NCBI GenBank assembly: GCA_902604175.1
Contig: CACKXR010000002.1
Location: 5,750-69,749 of the forward strand
Reading direction: 5' to 3'
DNA: 64,000 nucleotides
DNA from: an uncultured Pelagibacteraceae bacterium
Lineage (GTDB): Bacteria > Pseudomonadota > Alphaproteobacteria > Pelagibacterales > Pelagibacteraceae
Both the position numbers and the translations under genes were made by a program. The stretch's first letter is position 1. Each line of letters opens with the position of its first letter. Positions 50,114 through 60,283 of this stretch are shown here, one piece after another. A model generated the notes under the pieces. That model was not told where the DNA came from. It was given only the letters and a program-made list of their open reading frames with translations, and ran no database searches.

Positions 50114-52510
50114 ATGTTGGCTCATATGTATCAAAACATTATCCTAAAAAATCCTAAAGCAATATTTGTCATACTAATAATTACCATCTTAAGTTTTGGT
50201 TATTATACAAAAGATTTTAGACTAGATGCATCTTCAGAGACATTATTGATAGATGGCGATCCAGATTTAGCTTATTTAAAAGAGATTTCTGAAAGATACG
50301 GTTCTAGAGAGTTTTTAATTCTTACTTATACACCTAATGAAGGAATGGTAACTAATACATCAATTAATAATTTACTTAGTTTAAAATATAAAATTCAAAG
50401 TCTGAATTGGGTCCATAGTGTTGTAACTCTTCTAGATATACCATTGTTGAATAATTCAGATGCTCCTCTTCAAGAAAGATTAGAAAATTTTAAAACTTTA
50501 AAAGATGAAGATGTTGACAAAGATAGAGGATTTAATGAAATCCTTAATAGTCCTGTGTTCAGAAACTTTGTCATTAGTGAAGACGGTAAAACAAGTGGCA
50601 TAATTGTTTATATTAAACAATCTCAAAAACTTGAAAACATTGAAAGTAAATCAAAAGATGAAATTGAAAATTATAAAGATCAAATCAAAAAACAAAATCA
50701 TCAAAATATATTAGAGATCAGACAAGTCATCCAGAGTTATGGTGATGTAGGTAAGATTTATTTAGGTGGCATACCAATGATTGCTGATGACATGATGACC
50801 TTTATTAAAAGTGATATTGTGGTTTTTGGTATAGGTGTTTTATTATTTATTATTGTAACCCTATGGTTTGTTTTTAGAAAGCTTATCTGGATAATAGTTC
50901 CGATTAGTAGTTGTATAGCTTCAGTCGTGATAATGACTGGATTACTTGGACTACTGGGATGGAAAGTCACTGTTATTTCATCAAACTTCATTGCTTTGAT
51001 GTTGATTTTAACAATGGCAATGAACATTCATATGAGTACAAGATTTTTACAGCTTAAAAAAAACTCCCCTTCTAAAAATAATTTAGAAATCATTTCTTTA
51101 ACCACCAGAAAAATGTTTTGGCCAATTTTATACACTGTATTGACTACTATTTTAGCATTTTTGTCTTTAATCTTTAGTGAAATCAAACCTATTATTGACT
51201 TTGGATGGATGATGACTTTTGGTCTAATTACTTCATTTATAATTACCTTCAGTTTACTCCCAACTTTTTTAAGTTTTGCTCCTTCAGATAATATTTCACT
51301 TAAAAAGGAACAAGATTCTAAATTCACCACTTTTCTAGGATCACTTTCTATGAGTAAAAAAAATTTAATTTTTTCAGTGACAGGAATTGTAATAATTTTA
51401 AGTATTTTTGGTATTAGCAAGCTGGAGGTTGAAAACAGCTTTATTAATTATTTTAACAAAAATACTGAAATCTATAAAGGCATGAAACTTATAGATGAAG
51501 AGCTTGGAGGTACAACACCATTAGAGGTAATTATAAAGTTTCCTAAGAAAGAAAAAGAAAAAAAATCAGCTGAGGATGATGAGTTTGAAGACTGGGGAGA
51601 TGAAAATGATAAGAATGACAACAAATATTGGTTTACTAAAGATAAAATTGATAAAATTTCATCTGTTCATAATTACTTAGACAGTCTTCCCGAAATTGGA
51701 AAAGTTTTGTCTTTTTCATCAATTATTGATGTGGCAACTCAATTAAATAACAATAAACCTTTAGGTACTCTAGAAATGGGTGTTCTTTATTCAAAAATAC
51801 CTGAAAGTATTAAGACAGAAATTATTGATCCCTATCTTTCAATAGAAAATGATGAAGCAAGGATTAGCTTAAGAATAATAGATTCTCAAGAAAATTTGAG
51901 AAGAAACGATTTAATTAATAAAATAAATTTTGATCTTAAAGATAAGATTGGTCTAGAAGAAAGTGAATATCAGCTCGCTGGGGTACTAATTTTATTTAAT
52001 AATTTATTACAAAGCCTATTTAAATCACAAATACTTACTTTAGGATTGGTAATGATTGGGATTTTTACAATGTTTTTAATTCTATTCAGAAATACAAAAT
52101 TATCTTTAATAGGTGTGGTACCAAATTTCATTGCTGCATTTTTTATACTTGGAATTATAGGTTTGCTAGAAATTCCTTTAGACATGATGACTATTACCAT
52201 TGCTGCAATTACTATTGGTATAGCAGTAGACAATAGTATCCACTATATTTATCGATTTAAAGAGGAGTTCAATAAGATTAAAGATTATAACAAAACAATA
52301 AAATTATGTCACTCTACAGTAGGTGTGGCAATTTTAAATACTTCAATCACAATTGTTTTTGGATTTTCAATTTTAGTTTTGTCAAAGTTTATCCCTACAA
52401 TTTATTTTGGTATGTTTACAGGTTTGGCAATGTTGCTAGCTATGATCTCAGTATTAACTTTACTGCCTGCGTTGATCTTGATTATCAAACCTTTTGGTAA
52501 ATCAGCTTAA
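50114..52510 (+). CDS. MMPL/RND-superfamily membrane transporter
   Basis: Two repeats of TM + large loop + 5 TM; GIAVDNSIH motif. Confidence 0.85.
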   Translation: MLAHMYQNIILKNPKAIFVILIITILSFGYYTKDFRLDASSETLLIDGDPDLAYLKEISERYGSREFLILTYTPNEGMVTNTSINNLLSLKYKIQSLNWVHSVVTLLDIPLLNNSDAPLQERLENFKTLKDEDVDKDRGFNEILNSPVFRNFVISEDGKTSGIIVYIKQSQKLENIESKSKDEIENYKDQIKKQNHQNILEIRQVIQSYGDVGKIYLGGIPMIADDMMTFIKSDIVVFGIGVLLFIIVTLWFVFRKLIWIIVPISSCIASVVIMTGLLGLLGWKVTVISSNFIALMLILTMAMNIHMSTRFLQLKKNSPSKNNLEIISLTTRKMFWPILYTVLTTILAFLSLIFSEIKPIIDFGWMMTFGLITSFIITFSLLPTFLSFAPSDNISLKKEQDSKFTTFLGSLSMSKKNLIFSVTGIVIILSIFGISKLEVENSFINYFNKNTEIYKGMKLIDEELGGTTPLEVIIKFPKKEKEKKSAEDDEFEDWGDENDKNDNKYWFTKDKIDKISSVHNYLDSLPEIGKVLSFSSIIDVATQLNNNKPLGTLEMGVLYSKIPESIKTEIIDPYLSIENDEARISLRIIDSQENLRRNDLINKINFDLKDKIGLEESEYQLAGVLILFNNLLQSLFKSQILTLGLVMIGIFTMFLILFRNTKLSLIGVVPNFIAAFFILGIIGLLEIPLDMMTITIAAITIGIAVDNSIHYIYRFKEEFNKIKDYNKTIKLCHSTVGVAILNTSITIVFGFSILVLSKFIPTIYFGMFTGLAMLLAMISVLTLLPALILIIKPFGKSA

Positions 52511-53055
52511 TGTTGGAAACTTTATCAGATTTTTACAAAACAACTTCTATTATAGATTTGGCATACTTGGCTATCACTATTTGGTCTTTGATCAGTTGTT
52601 ATAAAAAAGGTTTTATATTAAGTATTCTATCCATGGCAAAGTGGCTTTTGGCCTATGTGATAACTCTAATTCTATTTCCGAGAGTTAAACCATATGTAAA
52701 AGACATTATTGATAATGAGTATGTATTGGACGTTGGTCTTGGTATATTAATTTTTATTTTAGTTATTTTTTTAGTATTGTTGGTTAATAAAGGTATTAGT
52801 AAAGCTGTTAGATATACTGGGATAGGTGGATTAGATACAACGTTTGGATTCTTTTTTGGCTTTATAAAAGCTTATATAATTTCCGTTTGTATTTTTTCAG
52901 GTGTTCATATCGTTTATAATTACGATAAATGGCCAATAAATATAGACAAATCATACGCCTTTCCATATTTAGAAAAAGGTAGTAATTATCTGATTAAAGA
53001 ATTTCCTAATGAAAAAACATATCAAGAATCTAGAGATAAAATTGAAGAACTTTGA
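52510..53055 (+). CDS. cvpA: CvpA family membrane protein
   Basis: ID...KGF...LD..FGFFFG..K pattern; directly upstream of purF. Confidence 0.88.
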   Translation: MLETLSDFYKTTSIIDLAYLAITIWSLISCYKKGFILSILSMAKWLLAYVITLILFPRVKPYVKDIIDNEYVLDVGLGILIFILVIFLVLLVNKGISKAVRYTGIGGLDTTFGFFFGFIKAYIISVCIFSGVHIVYNYDKWPINIDKSYAFPYLEKGSNYLIKEFPNEKTYQESRDKIEEL

Positions 53056-54490
53056 TCCAAAATTAAAAGAAGAATGTGGAGTGTTTGGTATTAGTAATGC
53101 AAAAGACGCCTCCGCTTTAACTGCACTTGGACTACATGCCTTACAACATCGAGGACAAGAAGGTTGTGGAATCGTAAGTTTTGATGGTAAAAAATATTAT
53201 TCTGAAAAAAGATTTGGTTTGGTTGGAGACAATTTTAATAAAGAAAAAGTTTTAAATAATTTAAAAGGTAATTACGCCATAGGTCATAATCGATACAGTA
53301 CAACTGGTAATAATACTTTACGAAATATTCAACCTTTTTTTGCTGACACAAATGCGGGGGGGATTGGAGTTTCTCATAATGGAAATTTGACTAATTCAAT
53401 TTCTTTGAGAAAAAAACTAGTTGAAGATGGAGCTATTTTCTACACCACTTCGGATACTGAAACTATTGTACAATTAATTGCAAAGTCTAAGAGATCGAAA
53501 ACTATCGATAAAGTAATTGATGCAATTTTTCAGATTCAAGGAGGTTATGCTTTAGTAATGCTTACTCAAAACTCTCTTATTGGAGTAAGAGATCCATACG
53601 GCATTAGACCTTTGTTAATTGGAAAATTGGGTAGTAGTTATGTACTAGCTTCAGAAACCTGTGCATTTGATATTATTGGTGCAAATTTTGTAAGAGAAGT
53701 AGAAAATGGTGAAATTGTATTAATTGAAAATAATCAACTTACTAGCATCAAACCTTTTCCACCTAGAAAAGTAAGACCTTGTGTTTTTGAATATATCTAT
53801 TTTGCAAGACCTGATAGCTTAATAGATAATACAACTGCTTATGAACATCGAAAAAACTTAGGAAAAGAACTTGCAAAAGAAAACGATATTGATGCAGATA
53901 TCGTAGTACCAGTTCCAGACTCTGGTAATGCAGCAGCGCTAGGATTTTCTCAAAAGAATAAAATAAATTTTGAACATGGTTTGATAAGAAACCATTACGT
54001 AGGTCGTACTTTTATTGAACCAAGCCAAAAAATAAGAAGTTTAGGTGTTAAGCTTAAATTAAACGCAAATCAAACTACTATTAAAAATAAAAAAATTATT
54101 TTAATTGATGACTCGCTTGTCAGAGGAACTACTTCTCATAAAATAGTAAAAATGTTATACGATGCAGGTGCAAAAGAGGTTCACGTTAGAATAGCGTGTC
54201 CTGAAATTAGATATCCTGATTTTTATGGTGTGGACACTCCAACTAAAAAAGAATTATTAGCTGCAAATAAAACGAATGAAGAAATTTGTGATTATATTGG
54301 CGCTAAATCATTAAAATTTTTGTCTATTGATGGTTTATATAGAGCTATTGGTTTTGATAAGCGAAATGCCACTTACCCTCAATTAACAGATCATTACTTT
54401 ACAGGAGATTATCCAGTTAAACCAGTTGACGAGCTAGGAGACAGTAAAATAACACAATTATCTTTGCTAAGTACTGCCTCGAATAACTAG
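53009..54490 (+). CDS. purF: amidophosphoribosyltransferase
   Basis: Propeptide followed by EECGVFG, QHRGQE, GHNRYST, HNGNL, VPDSG and DDSLVRGTT motifs. Confidence 0.98.
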   Translation: MKKHIKNLEIKLKNFDPKLKEECGVFGISNAKDASALTALGLHALQHRGQEGCGIVSFDGKKYYSEKRFGLVGDNFNKEKVLNNLKGNYAIGHNRYSTTGNNTLRNIQPFFADTNAGGIGVSHNGNLTNSISLRKKLVEDGAIFYTTSDTETIVQLIAKSKRSKTIDKVIDAIFQIQGGYALVMLTQNSLIGVRDPYGIRPLLIGKLGSSYVLASETCAFDIIGANFVREVENGEIVLIENNQLTSIKPFPPRKVRPCVFEYIYFARPDSLIDNTTAYEHRKNLGKELAKENDIDADIVVPVPDSGNAAALGFSQKNKINFEHGLIRNHYVGRTFIEPSQKIRSLGVKLKLNANQTTIKNKKIILIDDSLVRGTTSHKIVKMLYDAGAKEVHVRIACPEIRYPDFYGVDTPTKKELLAANKTNEEICDYIGAKSLKFLSIDGLYRAIGFDKRNATYPQLTDHYFTGDYPVKPVDELGDSKITQLSLLSTASNN

Positions 54491-54542
54491 TAATATAAAA
54501 AAAGTTCTTTAAAAACAAATAAAAGATAATATCTAAAGAAAC

Positions 54543-55838
54543 ATGATTAATAATAAAGAAAAAATAATTGAATATTTTAAATCTGGAATAAAACAGACTA
54601 AAGATTTTAAAATTGGAATTGAGCATGAAAAGTTTTTATTTAATAAGAAAAATAATAAACGAGTAAATTATTCTAAAATTAAAGAAATGTTCAATGCATT
54701 ATTGGAGTTTGGATGGAACCCAGTTTTTGAAAAAGAAAATATTATTGCACTTAATAAAGGAGGAAAAAATATTACTCTTGAGCCCGGTAATCAAATTGAA
54801 TTATCAGGAGATAAACTTAACCATATACATGAGGCTTGTTCAGAGTCTCAAGATTATTTATTTGAACTAAAGCAAGTTACAAAAAAATTACATATTGAAA
54901 TTGTCAGTGCTGGTTTTGATCCTATTTCGAAATTAGAAGAAATACCGAATAATCCTAAGCAGAGATATAAACTAATGACTCAAGATATGCCTTTTGGTGG
55001 TGAATTAAGTTTAGATATGATGTATCGAACCTGTGGGACACAAATAAATATAGATTATAGTTCAGAGGAAGATTTTATTAAAAAGTTTAAAGTTGCAAAT
55101 TCAATTGTACCAATTTCTATTGCTTTATTTGCTAATTCTTCAATAGTTGAAAAGAAAAATAGTAATTATTTATCGTACCGATCAAAAGTTTGGCAGAATA
55201 CTTCTAGAGGAGGACTTCCAAAATTGTTTTTTGAAAATTTAAATTTTGAAAAATATGCACAATTTACAATGGATTTTCCTGTTTTATTTATTCAAGATAA
55301 AGATGAATATATTTCTGGTAAAAAATATATTTTTAGAGATTTTATGGAGGGTAAAATTTCAGAAATTAATAACCGATTACCTACAGAGAGTGATCTTACA
55401 ACACATTTAAGTACAATCTTTACCGAGAATAGGTTAAAAAAATATATTGAGCTTAGGTCTATGGATACTTGTGGTTGGGATTGCTTGTGTGCAGGACCTG
55501 CGTTTAATATTGGAATGCTTTATGGCAATCTTGAGGAAGTTTATGATGTTATTTCTAAGTGGGAAACAGATAAGGTTATTAATGCATATTTAGAAGCGCC
55601 AAAAAAAGGATTTAATACTCAATTAATGGGTAAAGATCTTCTTTACTGGTCATCCAAACTTTTAAATTTATCAAAAAAAGGTTTGGAAATTAGAGATATT
55701 TTAAACAGAAAAGGAAACAACGAAACAATTTTTTTAAGTCACTTACAAAAAGTAATTGATAATAAGACAACAAACGCAGATCATATGATTAGTAAATTTT
55801 CAGAAAATGAAAATTTAGATAAATTATATGATAAATAA
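54543..55838 (+). CDS. gshA: glutamate--cysteine ligase (alphaproteobacterial/plant type)
   Basis: IGIEHEKF, ITLEPGNQIELSG, PKQRY..M, MMYRTCGTQ, ALFANS and HLSTIF.E.RLKKYIELR..D motifs. Confidence 0.92.
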   Translation: MINNKEKIIEYFKSGIKQTKDFKIGIEHEKFLFNKKNNKRVNYSKIKEMFNALLEFGWNPVFEKENIIALNKGGKNITLEPGNQIELSGDKLNHIHEACSESQDYLFELKQVTKKLHIEIVSAGFDPISKLEEIPNNPKQRYKLMTQDMPFGGELSLDMMYRTCGTQINIDYSSEEDFIKKFKVANSIVPISIALFANSSIVEKKNSNYLSYRSKVWQNTSRGGLPKLFFENLNFEKYAQFTMDFPVLFIQDKDEYISGKKYIFRDFMEGKISEINNRLPTESDLTTHLSTIFTENRLKKYIELRSMDTCGWDCLCAGPAFNIGMLYGNLEEVYDVISKWETDKVINAYLEAPKKGFNTQLMGKDLLYWSSKLLNLSKKGLEIRDILNRKGNNETIFLSHLQKVIDNKTTNADHMISKFSENENLDKLYDK

Positions 55839-56754
55839 AATTGTTGCTATTCAAGGAAACCATCCTTCAAAATTAAATCCTGTTTCAGATACAAGTATTT
55901 TTTTAGCTAATGAGGCTCAAAATAAGAATTATAAAATATTCTACTATGAACCAAAAGATCTATCAATTATCAATTCAAGAGTAATTGCAAAAGGTTTTTT
56001 TATTAAATTTGATTACACTCAAAAAAAATTTTTTAATATATTAAAAAAATGCAGTTTAGAACTCACTAAATGTAAATTTATTCTTATACGCCAAGATCCT
56101 CCATTTAATCTTGAATATATTTCAACTACATACATTTTAGATACTATTAGAAATAAGGTAAAAATACTTAATAATCCCACTTCTATTAGAAATGTCTCTG
56201 AAAAATTATACTCAGCTAAGTATCAAAAATATATGCCGAGTACTATTTTTACTAAAAATATAGATGAAATAAAAAAATTTTTCAAAAAAAATAGCAGTGT
56301 TATTTTAAAACCAATTCACAGTTACAGTGGAAACGATATACATTTATTAAACAAATTTGACTCAAAAATTATCAATAGTTTTATCAAAAAACATGATCAT
56401 ATAATGTTGCAAAAATTTTTACCTAAAATAATCAAGGGTGACAAAAGAGTTTTTATAATTAATGGTAAGGTCTGTGGAGCAATCTCAAGAATTCCAAAAA
56501 AAGGTTCAATTTTGAGTAACATGAGTAAAGGTGCAATACCTATAAATATTAAACTTAGTAAGCATGAAAGCAAGATATCTAAGCTAATTGCTAAAGATTT
56601 AAAAAAAGAAAATATATTTTTTGCAGGAATAGACTTCATTGATCAAAAACTGAATGGAGATATTAATGTCACCTCTCCGACTGGACTAAAAACTCATTTC
56701 GATTTATCAGGTGTAAATCTTGCTAAAATTTTTTGGAAAGAACTTAGAGCGTGA
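55828..56754 (+). CDS. gshB: glutathione synthetase
   Basis: DTS, RQDPPF, NNP..IRN.SEK, GDKR and INVTSPTG motifs; follows gshA. Confidence 0.9.
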   Translation: MINKIVAIQGNHPSKLNPVSDTSIFLANEAQNKNYKIFYYEPKDLSIINSRVIAKGFFIKFDYTQKKFFNILKKCSLELTKCKFILIRQDPPFNLEYISTTYILDTIRNKVKILNNPTSIRNVSEKLYSAKYQKYMPSTIFTKNIDEIKKFFKKNSSVILKPIHSYSGNDIHLLNKFDSKIINSFIKKHDHIMLQKFLPKIIKGDKRVFIINGKVCGAISRIPKKGSILSNMSKGAIPINIKLSKHESKISKLIAKDLKKENIFFAGIDFIDQKLNGDINVTSPTGLKTHFDLSGVNLAKIFWKELRA

Positions 56755-57611
56755 AAACTTTAAATGACCAGCAAAAAGGGTCTTTGTTAGCCTTTATTGC
56801 TGTGATGTTTATCACTCCTGATAGTTTGTTTATAAGATTGGCTAGTGTCGATACTTGGAGTTTAGTTTTTTATAGAGGAATAATTCCTTTTTTTACTGTG
56901 TTAGTTGGGATGCTTCTTATTTATAAAGCAAATTTTTTTAAAATGCTTTTAACTAGTGGTTATCATGGAATAATTTATATAATAACATTTTCTATTACAA
57001 ATATTGCCTTTGTTGTTTCTATTCAAAATACTAATGTAGCTAATACACTAGTGATGATTGCTATGGCTCCTATGCTTTCAGCAATTTTAGGTGCAATATT
57101 TTTAAGAGAGATGCCAGACAGCAAAAGTTGGACAGCAATTGCAGTGACGTTTATTGCTGCAATCTATATATTTTATGATTCCTTGCAATTAGGAAATATT
57201 TTTGGAGATTTATTGGGGTTTGTTTGTGCCCTAGGATTGGCAGTTGGAGCCGTTACTATTAGATCCGCTAAAACAAAAAACCTAGTACCTGCTGCTGTAG
57301 TTGGTAAGCTGTTGGTTGCATTATTTGCCATTTTCTTTATTGAAACATATTCTTTAGTAGGAAAAGATCTTTTAATAGTACCTTTAATGTGTGTAATGTG
57401 TGTTGCTATACCTTTTGTTTTGGTGACTATTGCTCCAAGATTTATACCCGCAGAAGAGGTTAACTTATTCTTTTTGCTAGAGACAATCGTCGGGCCAATT
57501 TGGGTTTGGATGGTCATTAAAGAACAGCCTAGTCTTGAAACGATTCAAGGAGGTATTGTCATCATTTTGACGATTGCAATTCACTCTTTTCTCAAACTAA
57601 AAAAATCTTAG
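56751..57611 (+). CDS. DMT/EamA family transporter
   Basis: About 10 TM; TPDSLFIRL and LLETIVGPIWVW motifs; GTGA overlap with gshB. Confidence 0.85.
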   Translation: MKTLNDQQKGSLLAFIAVMFITPDSLFIRLASVDTWSLVFYRGIIPFFTVLVGMLLIYKANFFKMLLTSGYHGIIYIITFSITNIAFVVSIQNTNVANTLVMIAMAPMLSAILGAIFLREMPDSKSWTAIAVTFIAAIYIFYDSLQLGNIFGDLLGFVCALGLAVGAVTIRSAKTKNLVPAAVVGKLLVALFAIFFIETYSLVGKDLLIVPLMCVMCVAIPFVLVTIAPRFIPAEEVNLFFLLETIVGPIWVWMVIKEQPSLETIQGGIVIILTIAIHSFLKLKKS

Positions 57612-57627
57612 ACCTATTACAATTAAC

Positions 57628-57656
57628 TTGATTTGGCCACAAATCAGAAATAGATA
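57628..57656 (+). promoter_or_regulatory. palindrome / candidate promoter upstream of the MFS gene
   Basis: TGATTTG-GCCA-CAAATCA (57629-57646) overlaps TTGATT-N17-TAGATA. Confidence 0.35.
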
Positions 57657-57665
57657 GCGGTTCAT

Positions 57666-58964
57666 ATGAACAAAGTATTAAAAAATTCGTGGGCTTTATT
57701 TTTAGGTATGGGAGCAATTATGCTTGCCTACGGTTTTCAAGGTTCACTTTTAGGAGTTAGAGCTGTAAAAGAAGAGTTTAGTTTAACCGCAACTGGATTT
57801 ATGATGTCTGGTTATTTCATTGGATATTTTATAGGTGCAATTACTATTCCTAAATTAATATCAAGAGTTGGCCATATCAGAGTCTTTGCAGCTTTTGCGT
57901 CAATCGCATCTTTAGTAATTTTAGTTCATGCGGTGTTCGTTAGTCCATTAATTTGGTTTTTATTAAGAATACTTACTGGTATCAGCATGGTCTCTATATA
58001 TACAGTTGCTGAAAGTTGGTTAAATGATAGAGCAAGTAATAAAAATAGAGGTAGTGTCTTATCAATCTATATGGTGGTTTTGTATGGTTCGATGGGAATA
58101 GGAATGTTTTTTTTAAACTTTAGTAATCCATTAAATTTTGAACCTTTTATATTAGTATCAATAATAACATCAGGTGCATTAATCCCAATTTTACTTACTA
58201 AAAGAAAACCTCCAACATTTAAAAAAATAGAAACTATGTCTATTCAAGAGGTTTATATTTCATCTCCTTTTGGGATGGTGAGTTCGTTTCTTTATGGAAC
58301 AATACAATCGGCATTATTCACATTATTAGCTGTGTATGCTGCAGGAATGAATTTTTCTATTTTTCATATTTCATTAGTTACGTTTTTATTAGCTATTTCT
58401 GGTGCAATTTCTCAGTGGCCAATAGGAAGATTGTCTGACATGTATGATAGAAGAAAAGTAATTATTTTTGTTAGTTTCGCTGCTGCTTTTTTCGCATTAT
58501 GTGCAATTTTTTCATCAGCACAAATGTATTTACCTGAGGGCTTGGGAACAAGTAAATTTTGGTTTTATTTTTTTTTAATTTTATTTTCTTTTTGTAGTTT
58601 GCCAATGTTCTCATTAATACTTGCTCATACAAATGATTTTATTCCTAAGGAAAAATTTGTTGCAGCTGGTGCGAGTTTACAATTTATTTTTGGCTTAGGA
58701 GCAATTGGTGGTCCATTTTTATGTTCAATTTTTATGGATATAGCAGGTCTAAATGGTTTTTTTGTTTTTCTAATATTGTTTCATATTTTAATTGGAGTTT
58801 ATGGTGTTTATAGATCTAGAATTAGACCAGCAGTTGAAAATCCAGATTCTCAGTTCATTGCCATGCCTCAGTCGATTACGCCCGCAGGTATTGAATTAAA
58901 CCCTACTACAGAGCCAATTGATGAGCCAACAAAAATAGGTTCAGATACTGTTGCAGAAAAATAA
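57666..58964 (+). CDS. MFS transporter (YcaD-like)
   Basis: 12 TM; RVGHIRVF, ESWLN..A....RG and GRLSD.YDRR motifs. Confidence 0.9.
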   Translation: MNKVLKNSWALFLGMGAIMLAYGFQGSLLGVRAVKEEFSLTATGFMMSGYFIGYFIGAITIPKLISRVGHIRVFAAFASIASLVILVHAVFVSPLIWFLLRILTGISMVSIYTVAESWLNDRASNKNRGSVLSIYMVVLYGSMGIGMFFLNFSNPLNFEPFILVSIITSGALIPILLTKRKPPTFKKIETMSIQEVYISSPFGMVSSFLYGTIQSALFTLLAVYAAGMNFSIFHISLVTFLLAISGAISQWPIGRLSDMYDRRKVIIFVSFAAAFFALCAIFSSAQMYLPEGLGTSKFWFYFFLILFSFCSLPMFSLILAHTNDFIPKEKFVAAGASLQFIFGLGAIGGPFLCSIFMDIAGLNGFFVFLILFHILIGVYGVYRSRIRPAVENPDSQFIAMPQSITPAGIELNPTTEPIDEPTKIGSDTVAEK

Positions 58965-59059
58965 AAACAACTGATCAACAATTTCAATAAATTTAATGAT
59001 CAGCGTCGTTTTGTAAAGTGAAGTATGTTAGCATTATTGTTAATTTAATTGATAATTTT

Positions 59060-60283
59060 ATGAATAATAACGACATACAGTTTCTTTTTGAAAAAACACG
59101 AAATCAATCGATTAAAATTATCGAAAATTTAAGTCCAGAGGATATGAATATACAATCAATGGAAGATGCATCACCCATTAAATGGCATCTAGCGCATACT
59201 ACTTGGTTTTTTGAAAAATTTGTCTTAAGCAAAGTAAAATCTAATTATAAATATTTTAACGAGGATTATAATTATTTATTTAATTCTTATTACGTCAAAG
59301 CAGGACCAAGATATACAAGATCACTTCGTAACATTATTTCAAGACCAGGAATTGAAGAAGTTCTAGAATATAGAAAAACTATAAATCAGAGAATTATAGA
59401 TTTATGTCAGTCCAGTAACTCAAATTTAGATATGATTGAAGTAGGCTGCCACCACGAAATGCAACACCAAGAATTAATGTTAACAGATCTACAGCATGGT
59501 TTAAGTTTCAACCCTACTGGCCCAAAGTACAACTCAAAAATAAAAGATATTAAAAATGAAAATATTAAACAAGAATGGATTGGTTTTGAAAAATCTATTA
59601 AAAGTGTTGGAACTGACAATGAAAATTTCTCCTTTGATTGTGAACGACCAAAACATGAAGTTTTAATCTTACCTTTTGAAATATCAAATAAGTTAGTAAC
59701 TAATGGTGAATGGATCGAGTTTATCAATAATGATGGTTACAATAAAAGTGAACATTGGTTGTCAGATGGGTTTTCAACTTGCCAACAGGAAAATTGGCAA
59801 TCCCCTCTTTACTGGAAAAAAGAAGACAGTAAATGGTATCACTTCACTTTAAACGGAATTAAAGAAATAGATATCAATGCGCCTGTGAGTAATATTAGCT
59901 ATTTTGAAGCTGACGCTTTTGCAAGGTGGAATAATAAACGACTTCCAACAGAATTTGAATGGGAAGTTGCCTCCAATAATCATATTCACGGAAATTTTTT
60001 AGAAGATAAAATATATCAGCCATATTCAAAAAAAAATGGTGTAAATTTAAATCAACATTGGGGACATGTTTGGGAATGGACTTCTTCCAACTTTTCTCCT
60101 TATCCTGGATTTAAATACCACAATGATGATATTAGTGAGTACAATGGTAAATTTATGGTCAACCAGATGGTATTAAAAGGAGGCTCTTGCCTTACCCCTA
60201 AAGACCAAATGAGAAAATCGTATCGTAATTTCTTTTATCCACATCAAAAATGGCAAATGTCTGGACTACGACTTGCTAAATGA
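59060..60283 (+). CDS. egtB: ergothioneine biosynthesis sulfoxide synthase EgtB
   Basis: QSMEDASP.KWHLAHTTWFFE, FNSYY, HE.QHQEL (Fe ligands) and an FGE-like domain (RLPTE.EWE, VWEWT, EYNGKFM, YRNFF.P). Start set at the ATG at 59060. Confidence 0.93.
   Translation: MNNNDIQFLFEKTRNQSIKIIENLSPEDMNIQSMEDASPIKWHLAHTTWFFEKFVLSKVKSNYKYFNEDYNYLFNSYYVKAGPRYTRSLRNIISRPGIEEVLEYRKTINQRIIDLCQSSNSNLDMIEVGCHHEMQHQELMLTDLQHGLSFNPTGPKYNSKIKDIKNENIKQEWIGFEKSIKSVGTDNENFSFDCERPKHEVLILPFEISNKLVTNGEWIEFINNDGYNKSEHWLSDGFSTCQQENWQSPLYWKKEDSKWYHFTLNGIKEIDINAPVSNISYFEADAFARWNNKRLPTEFEWEVASNNHIHGNFLEDKIYQPYSKKNGVNLNQHWGHVWEWTSSNFSPYPGFKYHNDDISEYNGKFMVNQMVLKGGSCLTPKDQMRKSYRNFFYPHQKWQMSGLRLAK

Noticed and set aside
59060-60283. 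EgtB homologue as selenoneine synthase SenA or ovothiol synthase OvoA
   Set aside because: No senB/selD neighbours and no C-terminal methyltransferase domain; it is paired with egtD.
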